Of a stretch of DNA of 64,000 nucleotides, positions 38,029 to 47,327 are shown in pieces (the stretch's first letter is position 1; every line of letters begins with the position of its first letter). The translations under genes were made by a program, and so were the position numbers. Source of the stretch: Armatimonadota bacterium. GTDB taxonomy: Bacteria; Armatimonadota; UBA5829; DSUL01. The DNA lies in contig JBDHZC010000009.1 of NCBI GenBank assembly GCA_039811685.1, forward strand, positions 64,001-128,000. Reading direction: 5' to 3'. Under the pieces are notes generated by a model. That model was not told the origin of the DNA. It ran no database searches and was given only the letters and a program-made list of their open reading frames with translations.

Positions 38029-39156
38029 ATGAAAGCGTCATCTAACGCACAGCAACAGGAAGGGTCAACTGCGCAGGCGTCCGAGCCGAGACTGCGGGAG
38101 GCGATCGCAAGCATTCCGGAGCTTCTGCGCCCCGCCAGACCATCCATCCCCAAAGGACTGGGGTATTTCGCGCTGGACTTGGCGCTGTATCTGGTGTCGC
38201 TGTGGGGAATGATCTTAGGCGGAGTCTGGCTCTATCTCCCGTCGCTTGTCCTCAATGTGTTCTCTATCGGCGGGTTATTCATCGTCGCTCACGACTGTTG
38301 TCACGGCTCACTTTTCGGCAACAAATCCGCCGTGCGGCGTATGCTTAGCTATATCGTAGGGCAGAGCGCCATGCTCACAGGAGCTCACATGTATCAGGTG
38401 TGGGAGTACGGCCACAACCGCGTACACCATGGCCACACCACCAAGCAGTCTTTCGACTTCGTCTGGCATCCCGTGACGCCTCAGCAGTACCAGCAGCTTG
38501 GACGCCTGGGGAGATGGTGGCACAGGCTCTGCTGGAGTCCTTTCGGGCATGGACTGTACTATCTGGTGCATATCTGGATCGGGAAGATGTGGGCGTTCAG
38601 GGGTCTGCGGGACGGTGCGCTCAAATGGCGCATGACGCGCGATAAGCTCATCGTTGCCGCTTACCTTAGCGTGGTGGCTGTGCTGTTTTTCCGCTATCTT
38701 GGCTTCTGGGCCTGGGCGCGCGCGGTGCTTGTCCCATTTCTTATCTGGAATCACTACATCGGCTTTGTGGTGTACGTGCAGCACATTCACGAGATGGTGA
38801 TCTGGCGCGTGCGCAGGTCGTGGACTCCCTTTAAGGGTCAGGTAGAGGGAACTGTGAGCTTTCGTTTTCCCTCTGTCCTCAACTTTTTCTCGCACAACAT
38901 CTTCGTCCACACTCCCCACCATGTGGACATGCGTATTCCTTTCTACTACCTGCCCAAGGCCATGGCGGCGCTGCGCGATCAGTACTCAGGATACGTCATT
39001 GAGCACCCATTCAGACTCAGGGAGTATCTGCGCACGGTGAGACAGTGCAAGCTGTTTGATTTCGAGCTGGGATGCTGGTTTGAGAGTCTGAAGACACATC
39101 AGATGGCGCTTGCCCATACCCGCCCCGATGCTGCGCTGCAACTTGGTGACCTCTGA
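38029..39156 (+). CDS. Membrane fatty acid desaturase (delta-12-like)
   Basis: His boxes HDCCH, HNRVHH and HTPHH. Confidence 0.88.
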   Translation: MKASSNAQQQEGSTAQASEPRLREAIASIPELLRPARPSIPKGLGYFALDLALYLVSLWGMILGGVWLYLPSLVLNVFSIGGLFIVAHDCCHGSLFGNKSAVRRMLSYIVGQSAMLTGAHMYQVWEYGHNRVHHGHTTKQSFDFVWHPVTPQQYQQLGRLGRWWHRLCWSPFGHGLYYLVHIWIGKMWAFRGLRDGALKWRMTRDKLIVAAYLSVVAVLFFRYLGFWAWARAVLVPFLIWNHYIGFVVYVQHIHEMVIWRVRRSWTPFKGQVEGTVSFRFPSVLNFFSHNIFVHTPHHVDMRIPFYYLPKAMAALRDQYSGYVIEHPFRLREYLRTVRQCKLFDFELGCWFESLKTHQMALAHTRPDAALQLGDL

Positions 39157-39168
39157 GGCGGACGGGTT

Positions 39169-39606
39169 TCACTTTATCTTTTCGTAGGTGACCAGAATCT
39201 CTCCCATGCGCTGAGGCACAGAGGTGAGCTTTCTGTTGTCGTCGCTGACGTTGAAGGCGATAGGCTCTCGATCAGCTTCGGGGGAGGGCTTCAGCAACAG
39301 GTTTTGTCCGGAGAGCTTCCATGTGCCTGAAAACTCCTTTTCGACAGTCATCATGAACGTGTGGTTGGGGTAGAGGGTCAGCGAGCTGTTGCCGAGCCGC
39401 GCGTTCAGCTCCGCTACCTGCGGGTCTGGCTTAGTGGAGCGCAGGGGCCTGGTCTCGTTTTCCCCGGGCATTGGTCCAGGAATCAGAAAATAGGGTTGGC
39501 GCGCTGAGATGGGCTGATACTTCCATACGCCAATCAACTCCGGCGCGCGCGCTGAGCATCCCGCAACTGTCGCTACGGCGATCAGCGCTGCAACAAATCG
39601 CTTCAT
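39169..39606 (-). CDS. Lipoprotein, hypothetical
   Basis: MKRFVAALIAVATVAGC lipobox; GGAG RBS. Confidence 0.7.
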   Translation of the reverse strand: MKRFVAALIAVATVAGCSARAPELIGVWKYQPISARQPYFLIPGPMPGENETRPLRSTKPDPQVAELNARLGNSSLTLYPNHTFMMTVEKEFSGTWKLSGQNLLLKPSPEADREPIAFNVSDDNRKLTSVPQRMGEILVTYEKIK

Positions 39607-39781
39607 TCTCCTATTATGCGCGGTGTCTCGTGTGCGCGGTGGCGGGACGAGCGGAGGTCTCCCAAATACCGAAGCGCCAGGCTGCGGCCGCCCGGGCGGG
39701 ATCGGTCTGTCCAGAGCGCGGTACACAAAATCGGCTCCGGGGTCTCCGGAGCCGAGTGAAATCCTGCGTCTGCAGTGTGCT

Positions 39782-41167
39782 TCAGGCGGCGCTTGCCAGC
39801 GTCTGGCGGATCTGTTCACAGGCTTCCGTCAGTACCAGCGTCTCCTCATTCTCGCAGGCATGTGTCGAGGTGACCACCAGCGGTTCCCCCTGTTCGATGG
39901 CGACAAGCACGTCTGTGAAGTTGGAGGCCTCCTCCGGGTAGGTCACGAAAGTCAGCGTTCCGCGCAGAGTCAGAAGCTCCTGTGCGTGTTCCCCGTTGAG
40001 CTGCTCGACAATGTCGCGGATGCGCTCGCACACTCTGGCGCCGGCGCTACCCGTATGCGGCAGCACCAGCCCTATCTGATGATCGTTGTAGCGGGCGACG
40101 ATGTCAGCCTTGCGCACCCGGGAGCGAATGATCTGACCAATACGGAACAGCCGCTCGTCCGTGGACATGGGCGTCCATCCACGGCCAGAGTCGCACATGT
40201 ACTCCATTGTCAACACCATCGCGGCTACGGGATAGCCATGGCGGCTGGCGCGTGAGAGCTCTTCTTCCAGCCTTGCCAGAAAATAGGCTCGCGAATACAG
40301 CTCTGTCGCTGAGTCTGTCACCTCAGCCGCAGGAGTCACACCGCGCGCGCCCGCATGCTTGTGCATGGAGCGCATCTGGATCTGAACTTCGCGGATATCT
40401 TCCGTTGTGATGATCTTGCGCAGTTTCTTGGTGGAGTTGCGCAGAATGTGCGACACGTAGTTGCACGAGATTCCCAGCTTTCGCGCAATCTCCGTCTGGT
40501 TCAGGTCTTTGAAGTAGTACTCGTGAATGACGTCCTGCTCGATGTTCTTCAGACGCTCCACAGAGGTTTCCAGCACCATCCGATCTTCCAGGGGCAACTG
40601 AAAAGTCTCGTACTTCAGGCGTTTGGCGGACTCGGCGTCCGCCGCCAGCGAGCCAGTGGGGTCGTCCCGGTCGCCGTCCAGCGATGATACCTTGAACACC
40701 TCCCGCGTCGTCAGCATCTCTCGCACGTCATCTTCGCTGATTTTCATGACAGAGGCAATCTCAGCTTCCGCAGGCGCGCGGCCAAACTGCTGGGCGAGTG
40801 ACTCTATGACGCGCGTCATCCGCTGGTTGAGCTCCTGTAGCCAGGCTGGCTCCTTGATGATCTTGCCCTTGTCTCTCAGATAGTGCTTAATCTGCCCGAT
40901 GACAAAGTGCGTCGCGTACGTGGAGAACTTGACGCCTTTGCTGACGTCGAAGCCTTCCACTGCGGAAATCAGCCCGATGTAGCCCTCCTGAACAAGGTCC
41001 TCCACAGGCTCTCCCGCGCCTGCAAAGCGGCGGCCGACAGACTCCACCAGATTAGTGTACTGCGTCACCAGCCGGTCCCGGGCGCGAGTATCCCGCTTTT
41101 CCCGATATCTGTTAAGTAACTTGAGTATCTGCTCTTCCGTGAGCCGTGATGCTTGCGTGTTTCTCAT
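39782..41167 (-). CDS. SigB/F/G-type sigma factor fused to a degenerate GGDEF domain
   Basis: EDLVQEGYIGL, FSTYA, region 4 NQTEIARKLGIS; C-terminal DSATELYSR...RKADIVARYNDHQ. Confidence 0.85.
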   Translation of the reverse strand: MRNTQASRLTEEQILKLLNRYREKRDTRARDRLVTQYTNLVESVGRRFAGAGEPVEDLVQEGYIGLISAVEGFDVSKGVKFSTYATHFVIGQIKHYLRDKGKIIKEPAWLQELNQRMTRVIESLAQQFGRAPAEAEIASVMKISEDDVREMLTTREVFKVSSLDGDRDDPTGSLAADAESAKRLKYETFQLPLEDRMVLETSVERLKNIEQDVIHEYYFKDLNQTEIARKLGISCNYVSHILRNSTKKLRKIITTEDIREVQIQMRSMHKHAGARGVTPAAEVTDSATELYSRAYFLARLEEELSRASRHGYPVAAMVLTMEYMCDSGRGWTPMSTDERLFRIGQIIRSRVRKADIVARYNDHQIGLVLPHTGSAGARVCERIRDIVEQLNGEHAQELLTLRGTLTFVTYPEEASNFTDVLVAIEQGEPLVVTSTHACENEETLVLTEACEQIRQTLASAA

Positions 41168-42387
41168 TATTGGATGTTGTTCACAATCTTGAACATAGGC
41201 GCCATGATTGAGACAGCGATAAATCCAACTATCCCACCCATGATGACAATAAGAGCAGGTTCGATCATCGAGGTGAGTCCTTTCACCGCGTTGTCGACCT
41301 CGTCGTCAAAGAAGTCAGCCACTTTGACGAGCATTTCTGAAAGCCGGCCAGTTTCCTCACCGACGTCGATCATGTGAGTTACCATTGCCGGGAACACGCC
41401 GCTGGCGGCCAGTGGCGCACTCACTTTCTGACCCTCCCGGATGGAGTTTCGCGCCTGGTCCACGGCCCGGGCAATCACCATGTTGCCGGAGGTCTCCCCG
41501 ACAATCTCAAGTGACCGCATCATTGGGACGCCGCTCGCGATGAGCGTGCCGAATGTGCGCGAAAACCGTGACACCGCCATCTTCTGCACCAGTTCTCCGA
41601 CAACGGGCATGCGCAGCTTCAACTGGTCGTAGTGGAAGCGCCCGGCAGGCTGTTTGAGCACCCATTTGATGCCAAACCATCCAGCCAGACCCAGGCCAAT
41701 CGGAACATAGATGTAGTGTCTCAAAATATCGCTCATTGCGAAAAGCATGGCGGTTGCGGGCGGGAGCTCCGCGTTCATGGAAGAGAATATCTCCTTGAAC
41801 GTGGGCAGGACGAAGATGAAGATACCGTTGACCATGCCCGCAGCAAATATGAGAACGATGATGGGGTACATCATAGCGCTCTTGATCTTGTTGCGGATCT
41901 CCTGTTCCTTCTCCAGGAATCCGGAGACGCGTTCGAGAATTGTGTCCAGAATACCGCCCGTCTCCGCAGCTTTGATCATATTCACGTAGAGCTTGTTGAA
42001 GACACCGGGATGTTTGCTGAACGCCTCGGTGAGGCTGACTCCGCCCTTGACATCTTTCTTGCAGATGTCAATAACCTCAGCCAGTACCGGGTCTTTCGTC
42101 TGCTGCCCCAGAATCTCCAGACACTTGATAATCCCGATTCCAGCCTCGATCATTGTGGCCAACTGCCGGGTAAAGACGACAAGCTGCTGCAGCTTGATCT
42201 TCTTGCCTTTAGTCGAGACACTTTTGGTTTTGGCGCCCGTAGTGGCGCTGCGCCGCTTCTTGATGTTGACGACGTGAAAGTGCTGCTGCTGGAGCTTACT
42301 GAGCACCAGGCTCTCGGACTCTGCTTCGATTCTTCCGCTGATCGTCTTTCCGGAGGGATCGACGACGCTGTACTGATAAACTGGCAT
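41167..42387 (-). CDS. pilC: Type IV pilus platform protein PilC
   Basis: FTRQLATMI, AAETGG, AMMYP, GEETG and IEP. Confidence 0.92.
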   Translation of the reverse strand: MPVYQYSVVDPSGKTISGRIEAESESLVLSKLQQQHFHVVNIKKRRSATTGAKTKSVSTKGKKIKLQQLVVFTRQLATMIEAGIGIIKCLEILGQQTKDPVLAEVIDICKKDVKGGVSLTEAFSKHPGVFNKLYVNMIKAAETGGILDTILERVSGFLEKEQEIRNKIKSAMMYPIIVLIFAAGMVNGIFIFVLPTFKEIFSSMNAELPPATAMLFAMSDILRHYIYVPIGLGLAGWFGIKWVLKQPAGRFHYDQLKLRMPVVGELVQKMAVSRFSRTFGTLIASGVPMMRSLEIVGETSGNMVIARAVDQARNSIREGQKVSAPLAASGVFPAMVTHMIDVGEETGRLSEMLVKVADFFDDEVDNAVKGLTSMIEPALIVIMGGIVGFIAVSIMAPMFKIVNNIQ

Positions 42388-43562
42388 TAGGACTCCTTCA
42401 GATAGCGGTCAAACGATTCAGGATCAATCGTGCGCGCTCTCGCTTCGTCGTAGGAGATGTATCCTCTGATGTGCAGGGTAGCCAGCGAGCGGTCCATCAG
42501 AATCATCCCTTGAGACTCGCTGGTTTCCATAGTGTTGGGAATGAGGTGTGTCTTGCCTTCGCGCACCAGGTTCTTGATAGCCCCGGTGGCGGTCATCACC
42601 TCGACCGCCGCGATACGGCCGCCGTTTTGCATGGGGACGAGTAGCTGAGAAACGACACCAAGCAGATTGTTGGCAAGCTGCGCCTTCACCTGTCCCTGTT
42701 GGTGAGGCGGAAAGACGTCCACAATGCGGTCAATCGTCTGGGCGGCGCTGCGGGTGTGCAGTGTGCCAAACACCAGATGTCCGGTCTCCGCAAGCGTAAG
42801 AGCGGCGGAGATCGTCTCCAGGTCCCGCATCTCACCGACCAGGATGACGTCCGGGTCTTCCCGCAGTACGGCTCGCAGTGCATCGCTGAAGCTGGCGGTA
42901 TCCGTGTGCATCTCACGCTGAGTCACCATCGCGACCTTGTCACGGTGGAGGTACTCGATTGGATCCTCTATTGTCACAATGTGCACGGAGCGCTGCTGGT
43001 TGATAAAATCAATCATTGAAGCGATAGTGGTGGACTTGCCGGCGCCTGTTGGGCCTGTGACGATGACAAATCCGCTGTTGCGCCCGGCGAGTTCCCGGAT
43101 AACCGGTGGCAGCCCGAGGCTCTCGAAGCTCGGCACTTCGTACGGTACAGCCCTCAGAGCGACACTGAGCGATCCGCGCTGACGGTAGACGTTGGCGCGG
43201 AAGCGTCCCAGATCTGTTGTCGAATAGGAGAAGTCCAGCTCGTGCTTGTGCTGGAGAATGGCGATCTGATCGTTGTTCAGAATACCGTAGATCAGCCGCT
43301 CCACCCCCTCGGGCGTCAACACGGGAAATCCGGTGCGCTGCAGGCTGCCGTCAATGCGGATCATCGGCGGAAGCGCCGCCCGCAGATGAATGTCCGAAGC
43401 GTTGTGAGCGAGCCCCTCCCGCAGGACGTCGTCGATGTGGGCGGTCGGGCTGTCCTGACTCTGCGCTTCATCGGCAGAGTCTGATGACTCAATGCTCAGC
43501 AGCTCCACCGGGCCCTGATCCTCCTCAGGCAGGCGCTCAAAGTTGAAGGCGAAATCGTTCAT
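42387..43562 (-). CDS. pilT: PilT retraction ATPase (copy 2)
   Basis: GPTGAGKST, TIEDPIE, LREDPDVILVGEMRD and AIKNLVRE. Confidence 0.9.
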   Translation of the reverse strand: MNDFAFNFERLPEEDQGPVELLSIESSDSADEAQSQDSPTAHIDDVLREGLAHNASDIHLRAALPPMIRIDGSLQRTGFPVLTPEGVERLIYGILNNDQIAILQHKHELDFSYSTTDLGRFRANVYRQRGSLSVALRAVPYEVPSFESLGLPPVIRELAGRNSGFVIVTGPTGAGKSTTIASMIDFINQQRSVHIVTIEDPIEYLHRDKVAMVTQREMHTDTASFSDALRAVLREDPDVILVGEMRDLETISAALTLAETGHLVFGTLHTRSAAQTIDRIVDVFPPHQQGQVKAQLANNLLGVVSQLLVPMQNGGRIAAVEVMTATGAIKNLVREGKTHLIPNTMETSESQGMILMDRSLATLHIRGYISYDEARARTIDPESFDRYLKES

Positions 43563-43596
43563 AAATGAATCTCCAGGGCGCCGCATGCGCCGCCCG

Positions 43597-45033
43597 TTAC
43601 TGATTTTTCAGGTAGCGGTCGAAGTTTTCAGCGTCCAGCGCGCGGACACGCGCCTCTTCCAGCGAGACAAGCCCCTGAAGATAAAGCTGTGCGAGCGATT
43701 TGTCCATCGCCACCATTCCCATTGCCTGCCCGGTTTCCAGAGCGGTGGGAATCTGGAATGACTTGCCGTCCCGAATGAGATTGCGGATGCCTGACGTGGC
43801 GACCATGACTTCAATAGCTGCCGTGCGGCCGCCGCCGTTCATCGGCAGAAGCAACTGAGAGATGACTCCCTCCATCGTGTTGGCAAGCTGCACGCGGATC
43901 TGCTCTTGCTGATGGGGCGGAAAGACGTCAATGATTCGGTCAATGGTCTGGGAAGCGCTGCGTGTGTGCAGAGTGCCAAACACCAGATGTCCGGTTTCCG
44001 CCAGCGTCAACGCTGCGCTGATAGTCTCAAGGTCGCGCATCTCACCCACCAGAATGACGTCCGGGTCTTCCCGCAGCACGGCTCGCAGCGCGTTGTCGAA
44101 GGAGTCGGTGTCAGAGTTCAATTCGCGCTGATTCACCATGGCCTTCTTGTGCTTGTGAAGGTACTCGATGGGGTCTTCAATGGTCATGATGTGCACGGCG
44201 CGCGTCTGGTTGATGTAGTCGATCATGGACGCGATCGTGGTGGACTTACCTGAACCGGTGGGCCCGGTCACCAGTATCATTCCGCTGTGGCGCGTGGTCA
44301 TCTCTTTGGCGACTGGTGGCATCCGGAGCTGTTCAAGAGTTGGGATTTCGCTCGGGACTGTCCGGAAAGCTGCGCCGACAGACCCGCGCTGACGGTAGAT
44401 GTTCACACGGAAGCGCCCAAGCCCAGCCACGCCATGGGACATGTCCAGCTCCCGCATTTTCTCGAACCACTGAATCTGCTCGCCGGACAAAATATCATAG
44501 ACCATGCGCTGGATGATCTCGGGCTCCAGCGGCGCGTAGTCCATCTGGACCAGCTTGCCGTCGACGCGAATGGTGGGTGACAATCCGGCGGTAAGGTGGA
44601 TGTCCGAAGACCCGCGGCTGACGCCTTCCCGCAGAATCTCCTCCACATGCACATTGTCAGCGCTGCGCCGGGAAACAAAAGCCGGCTCCTCGTCCAACAG
44701 CGGCGCCATGTCAATGTCGTCGTCTTCAGAGAGTGGCTCGATTGGCATTTCCTGAAATTGTGTCACCTCAGATGGGGGCGATGCGCTCCACTGTGACAGG
44801 TCCATCTCGGTATTGACGCGCGACTCGCCCGCAACAGCCTGCGGTAAGGGTGATTCCTCATCCAGAGCCGAAGAATCGGTTCCTTCTGAGGGAACTTGTT
44901 GGCCGGGTTCAAGGCTGTAGCCCCAGGATGCGTCTACCACGGCGGTGTCCTGGGCTTCTCCCGGCGCTGCTTGCGACGGGGTCTGCTCCTGGTCGTCCAG
45001 AGGATCCAGATTAAAGATGGATGCTGATTCCAT
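43597..45033 (-). CDS. pilT: PilT retraction ATPase (copy 1) with long acidic N-terminal extension
   Basis: GPTGSGKST, TIEDPIE and GIRNLIRD. Confidence 0.9.
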   Translation of the reverse strand: MESASIFNLDPLDDQEQTPSQAAPGEAQDTAVVDASWGYSLEPGQQVPSEGTDSSALDEESPLPQAVAGESRVNTEMDLSQWSASPPSEVTQFQEMPIEPLSEDDDIDMAPLLDEEPAFVSRRSADNVHVEEILREGVSRGSSDIHLTAGLSPTIRVDGKLVQMDYAPLEPEIIQRMVYDILSGEQIQWFEKMRELDMSHGVAGLGRFRVNIYRQRGSVGAAFRTVPSEIPTLEQLRMPPVAKEMTTRHSGMILVTGPTGSGKSTTIASMIDYINQTRAVHIMTIEDPIEYLHKHKKAMVNQRELNSDTDSFDNALRAVLREDPDVILVGEMRDLETISAALTLAETGHLVFGTLHTRSASQTIDRIIDVFPPHQQEQIRVQLANTMEGVISQLLLPMNGGGRTAAIEVMVATSGIRNLIRDGKSFQIPTALETGQAMGMVAMDKSLAQLYLQGLVSLEEARVRALDAENFDRYLKNQ

Positions 45034-45232
45034 TCAGTTCTCCCGCGGAGGCCGTGCGAAGGCTCTCCAGTGAAGGCCGCCCTCATCGGGACGTCCTGTT
45101 TCTTAAACGGCACGCAAAGACGCCGCATCCTGCGGCTGTTATTGACGGACACCCTTATTATCGGCAGTCCGATGGCTTTGGTTGAATCCCCCAAAACCCA
45201 AATTTTCACGCTCAACTCGGGCGGCGAGAATG

Positions 45233-45351
45233 CCCGGCGATTGAAATCGCGGCTGCGAAACGAAGTCTCCCTTCGGAGACTGTCTGGCTCCTCAACTAAC
45301 GCCCCCCGGCGATTGAAATCGCGGTTGCGAAACGAAGTCTCCCTTCGGAGA
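45233..45351 (+). repeat. Two REP copies
   Basis: CCCGGCGATTGAAATCGCGG...CGAAGTCTCCCTTCGGAGACT twice. Confidence 0.85.
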
Positions 45352-45412
45352 CTGCTGGACGCTTCAAGTCATCTCTGTAGTCGGTACGGGACGCTCTCTT
45401 TCGGCTCTTTGA

Positions 45413-47131
45413 CTATCCGGAATAGATCACTCGCAGAGACTCCTCAAGGGTGGTCATCCCGAGCAGAATTTTCTCCATCGCGTCATCGCGCAGGGTTTTC
45501 ATTCCCTGCTCCACAGCGGCTTCCTTGACCGCGTACGACGATGCCCGCGCCAGAATCAGATCTCGCAACTGGTCAGTGATGGGCATCAGTTCGTAGATGC
45601 CGATGCGGCCTTTGTAGCCGATTCCCTTACAATGCCCGCAGCCCTTGCCGCGGAAAAACGTGAGCTTGTCAGGGTCATCCACCTGCATTCCCAGGCGCTT
45701 GATAGCGTCGGGCGGCGGCTGATAGGATTCCTTGCACTTCGGGCAGATGGTGCGCAGGAGCCTCTGGGCGTTAACCCCGATCAGCGCGGAGGCGATCAGA
45801 AACGGCTCGATACCCATGTCCACCAGACGCGTGATAGCTCCGGAGGCGTCATTGGTGTGCAGCGTGGAGAGCACAAGGTGTCCGGTCAGGGCCGCCTCCA
45901 TGGCGATGAGCGCGGTCTCCTGGTCGCGGATCTCACCCACCATGATGATGTCCGGGTCCTGGCGCAGCATCGTGCGCAGTCCCGAGGCGAACGTGAGCCC
46001 CGCCTTCGGATTTACCATCGTCTGCGTGATGCCTTCGAGGTCGTACTCCACCGGGTCTTCCAGCGTCAAAATGTTCTTCTCACCCGAGTTCAACTTGGCC
46101 AGAATTGAGTAAAGCGTGGTTGACTTACCGGATCCTGTAGGTCCTGTGACCAGGATGATTCCGTAGGCGCGCGAAATCAGATTCTCAAAGCGCTCCAGAG
46201 TGTGCGGCAGAATTCCGAGCTTGTTCAGGCCGACATGGATGCTGCCCTTGTCCAGAACGCGCATAACGATCTTTTCGCCGTAAACGCTCGGCAGCGTGGA
46301 GACGCGGAAATCGTAATCGCGCTCATTCACCCTCGCGGAGATGCGTCCGTCCTGCGGTGCCCGCTTCTCGGCGATATCCATATCCGCCATAATCTTGAAG
46401 CGCGATGTCAACGACCCCTGGGCCTTCTTGGGTACGTCCAGCGCCTCGTGCATGATCCCGTCAATCCGGAAGCGGACTTTCAGGATGCTCTTTTGTGGCT
46501 CCATGTGCAGGTCGCTGGCGCCGTCCGAGATTGCCCGCGAAATAATCATGTTGGCCAGCTTGATGATCGGAGCTTCTTCGGACAAAGTCCGCAACTGCTC
46601 GATCGACTCTTCTTCTTCCTTTTCGTGCTCCGTAATATCAACCAGGTCGGAGCTGATGTCGCGGATAACGTCAGAGACAACAGCGCTGACTTCGGTTTCG
46701 GAGCGATAGGCGCGGTTGAGCGCCTGGACAACGTCCTCTTCCGTGGCGATGACCGGTTCGATCTCCGCTCCGGTGATGAGGCGGATCTCGTCGATGGCGA
46801 AGATATCCAGCGGATTCTTCATCGCCAGGGTGAGCTTGCCGTTCTCTCTGGCGAGAGGGACGACTTTGTAGCGTCTGGCGATGGACTGCGCGAGGGATTT
46901 GACGGCGTCGGTGTCCAGGGGATAGTCCGCCAGATCGACAAACTTCACACCCCACTGATCGCCCAGGCAGCGCACGCGATCCCGCTCGGTGATAAGCCCC
47001 ATGCTGACGAGCATGTCTCCGAGCGACTGATCGCGGTTGATGTGTCCCTGTTTCGCGAGGACATCGGCGAGCTGCTCTTCAGTTATAAGACCTGATCTTA
47101 CGAAGATCGCGCCGATACCGCGAAGTTCCAT
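45413..47131 (-). CDS. pilB: PilB/GspE assembly ATPase with MshEN-like N-terminus
   Basis: GPTGSGKST, LRQDPDIIMVGEIRD and CPKC...CGHC zinc site. Confidence 0.92.
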   Translation of the reverse strand: MELRGIGAIFVRSGLITEEQLADVLAKQGHINRDQSLGDMLVSMGLITERDRVRCLGDQWGVKFVDLADYPLDTDAVKSLAQSIARRYKVVPLARENGKLTLAMKNPLDIFAIDEIRLITGAEIEPVIATEEDVVQALNRAYRSETEVSAVVSDVIRDISSDLVDITEHEKEEEESIEQLRTLSEEAPIIKLANMIISRAISDGASDLHMEPQKSILKVRFRIDGIMHEALDVPKKAQGSLTSRFKIMADMDIAEKRAPQDGRISARVNERDYDFRVSTLPSVYGEKIVMRVLDKGSIHVGLNKLGILPHTLERFENLISRAYGIILVTGPTGSGKSTTLYSILAKLNSGEKNILTLEDPVEYDLEGITQTMVNPKAGLTFASGLRTMLRQDPDIIMVGEIRDQETALIAMEAALTGHLVLSTLHTNDASGAITRLVDMGIEPFLIASALIGVNAQRLLRTICPKCKESYQPPPDAIKRLGMQVDDPDKLTFFRGKGCGHCKGIGYKGRIGIYELMPITDQLRDLILARASSYAVKEAAVEQGMKTLRDDAMEKILLGMTTLEESLRVIYSG

Positions 47132-47277
47132 GCTTGCTGCGTCCCAGAGTATAACGTTCGGTCGAGGCTGCTATCGCCGTCTTGAGACTGTCGCCGCCGT
47201 GGCGGCAGCCTTAAGAAAGCGACTTCTGTCTGCCGCCCCCCTGCCGTGACCTGGTAAAGTGGGCAGGGGAGCCGGTC

Positions 47278-47310
47278 CCTGCGCCCCCCGGAGAAGCAGA
47301 GGGGCGCAGG
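47278..47310 (-). terminator. Hairpin after pilQ (no clear U-tract)
   Basis: CCTGCGCCCC...GGGGCGCAGG stem. Confidence 0.5.
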
Positions 47311-47327
47311 TGTTTCAGACAGGCGTA

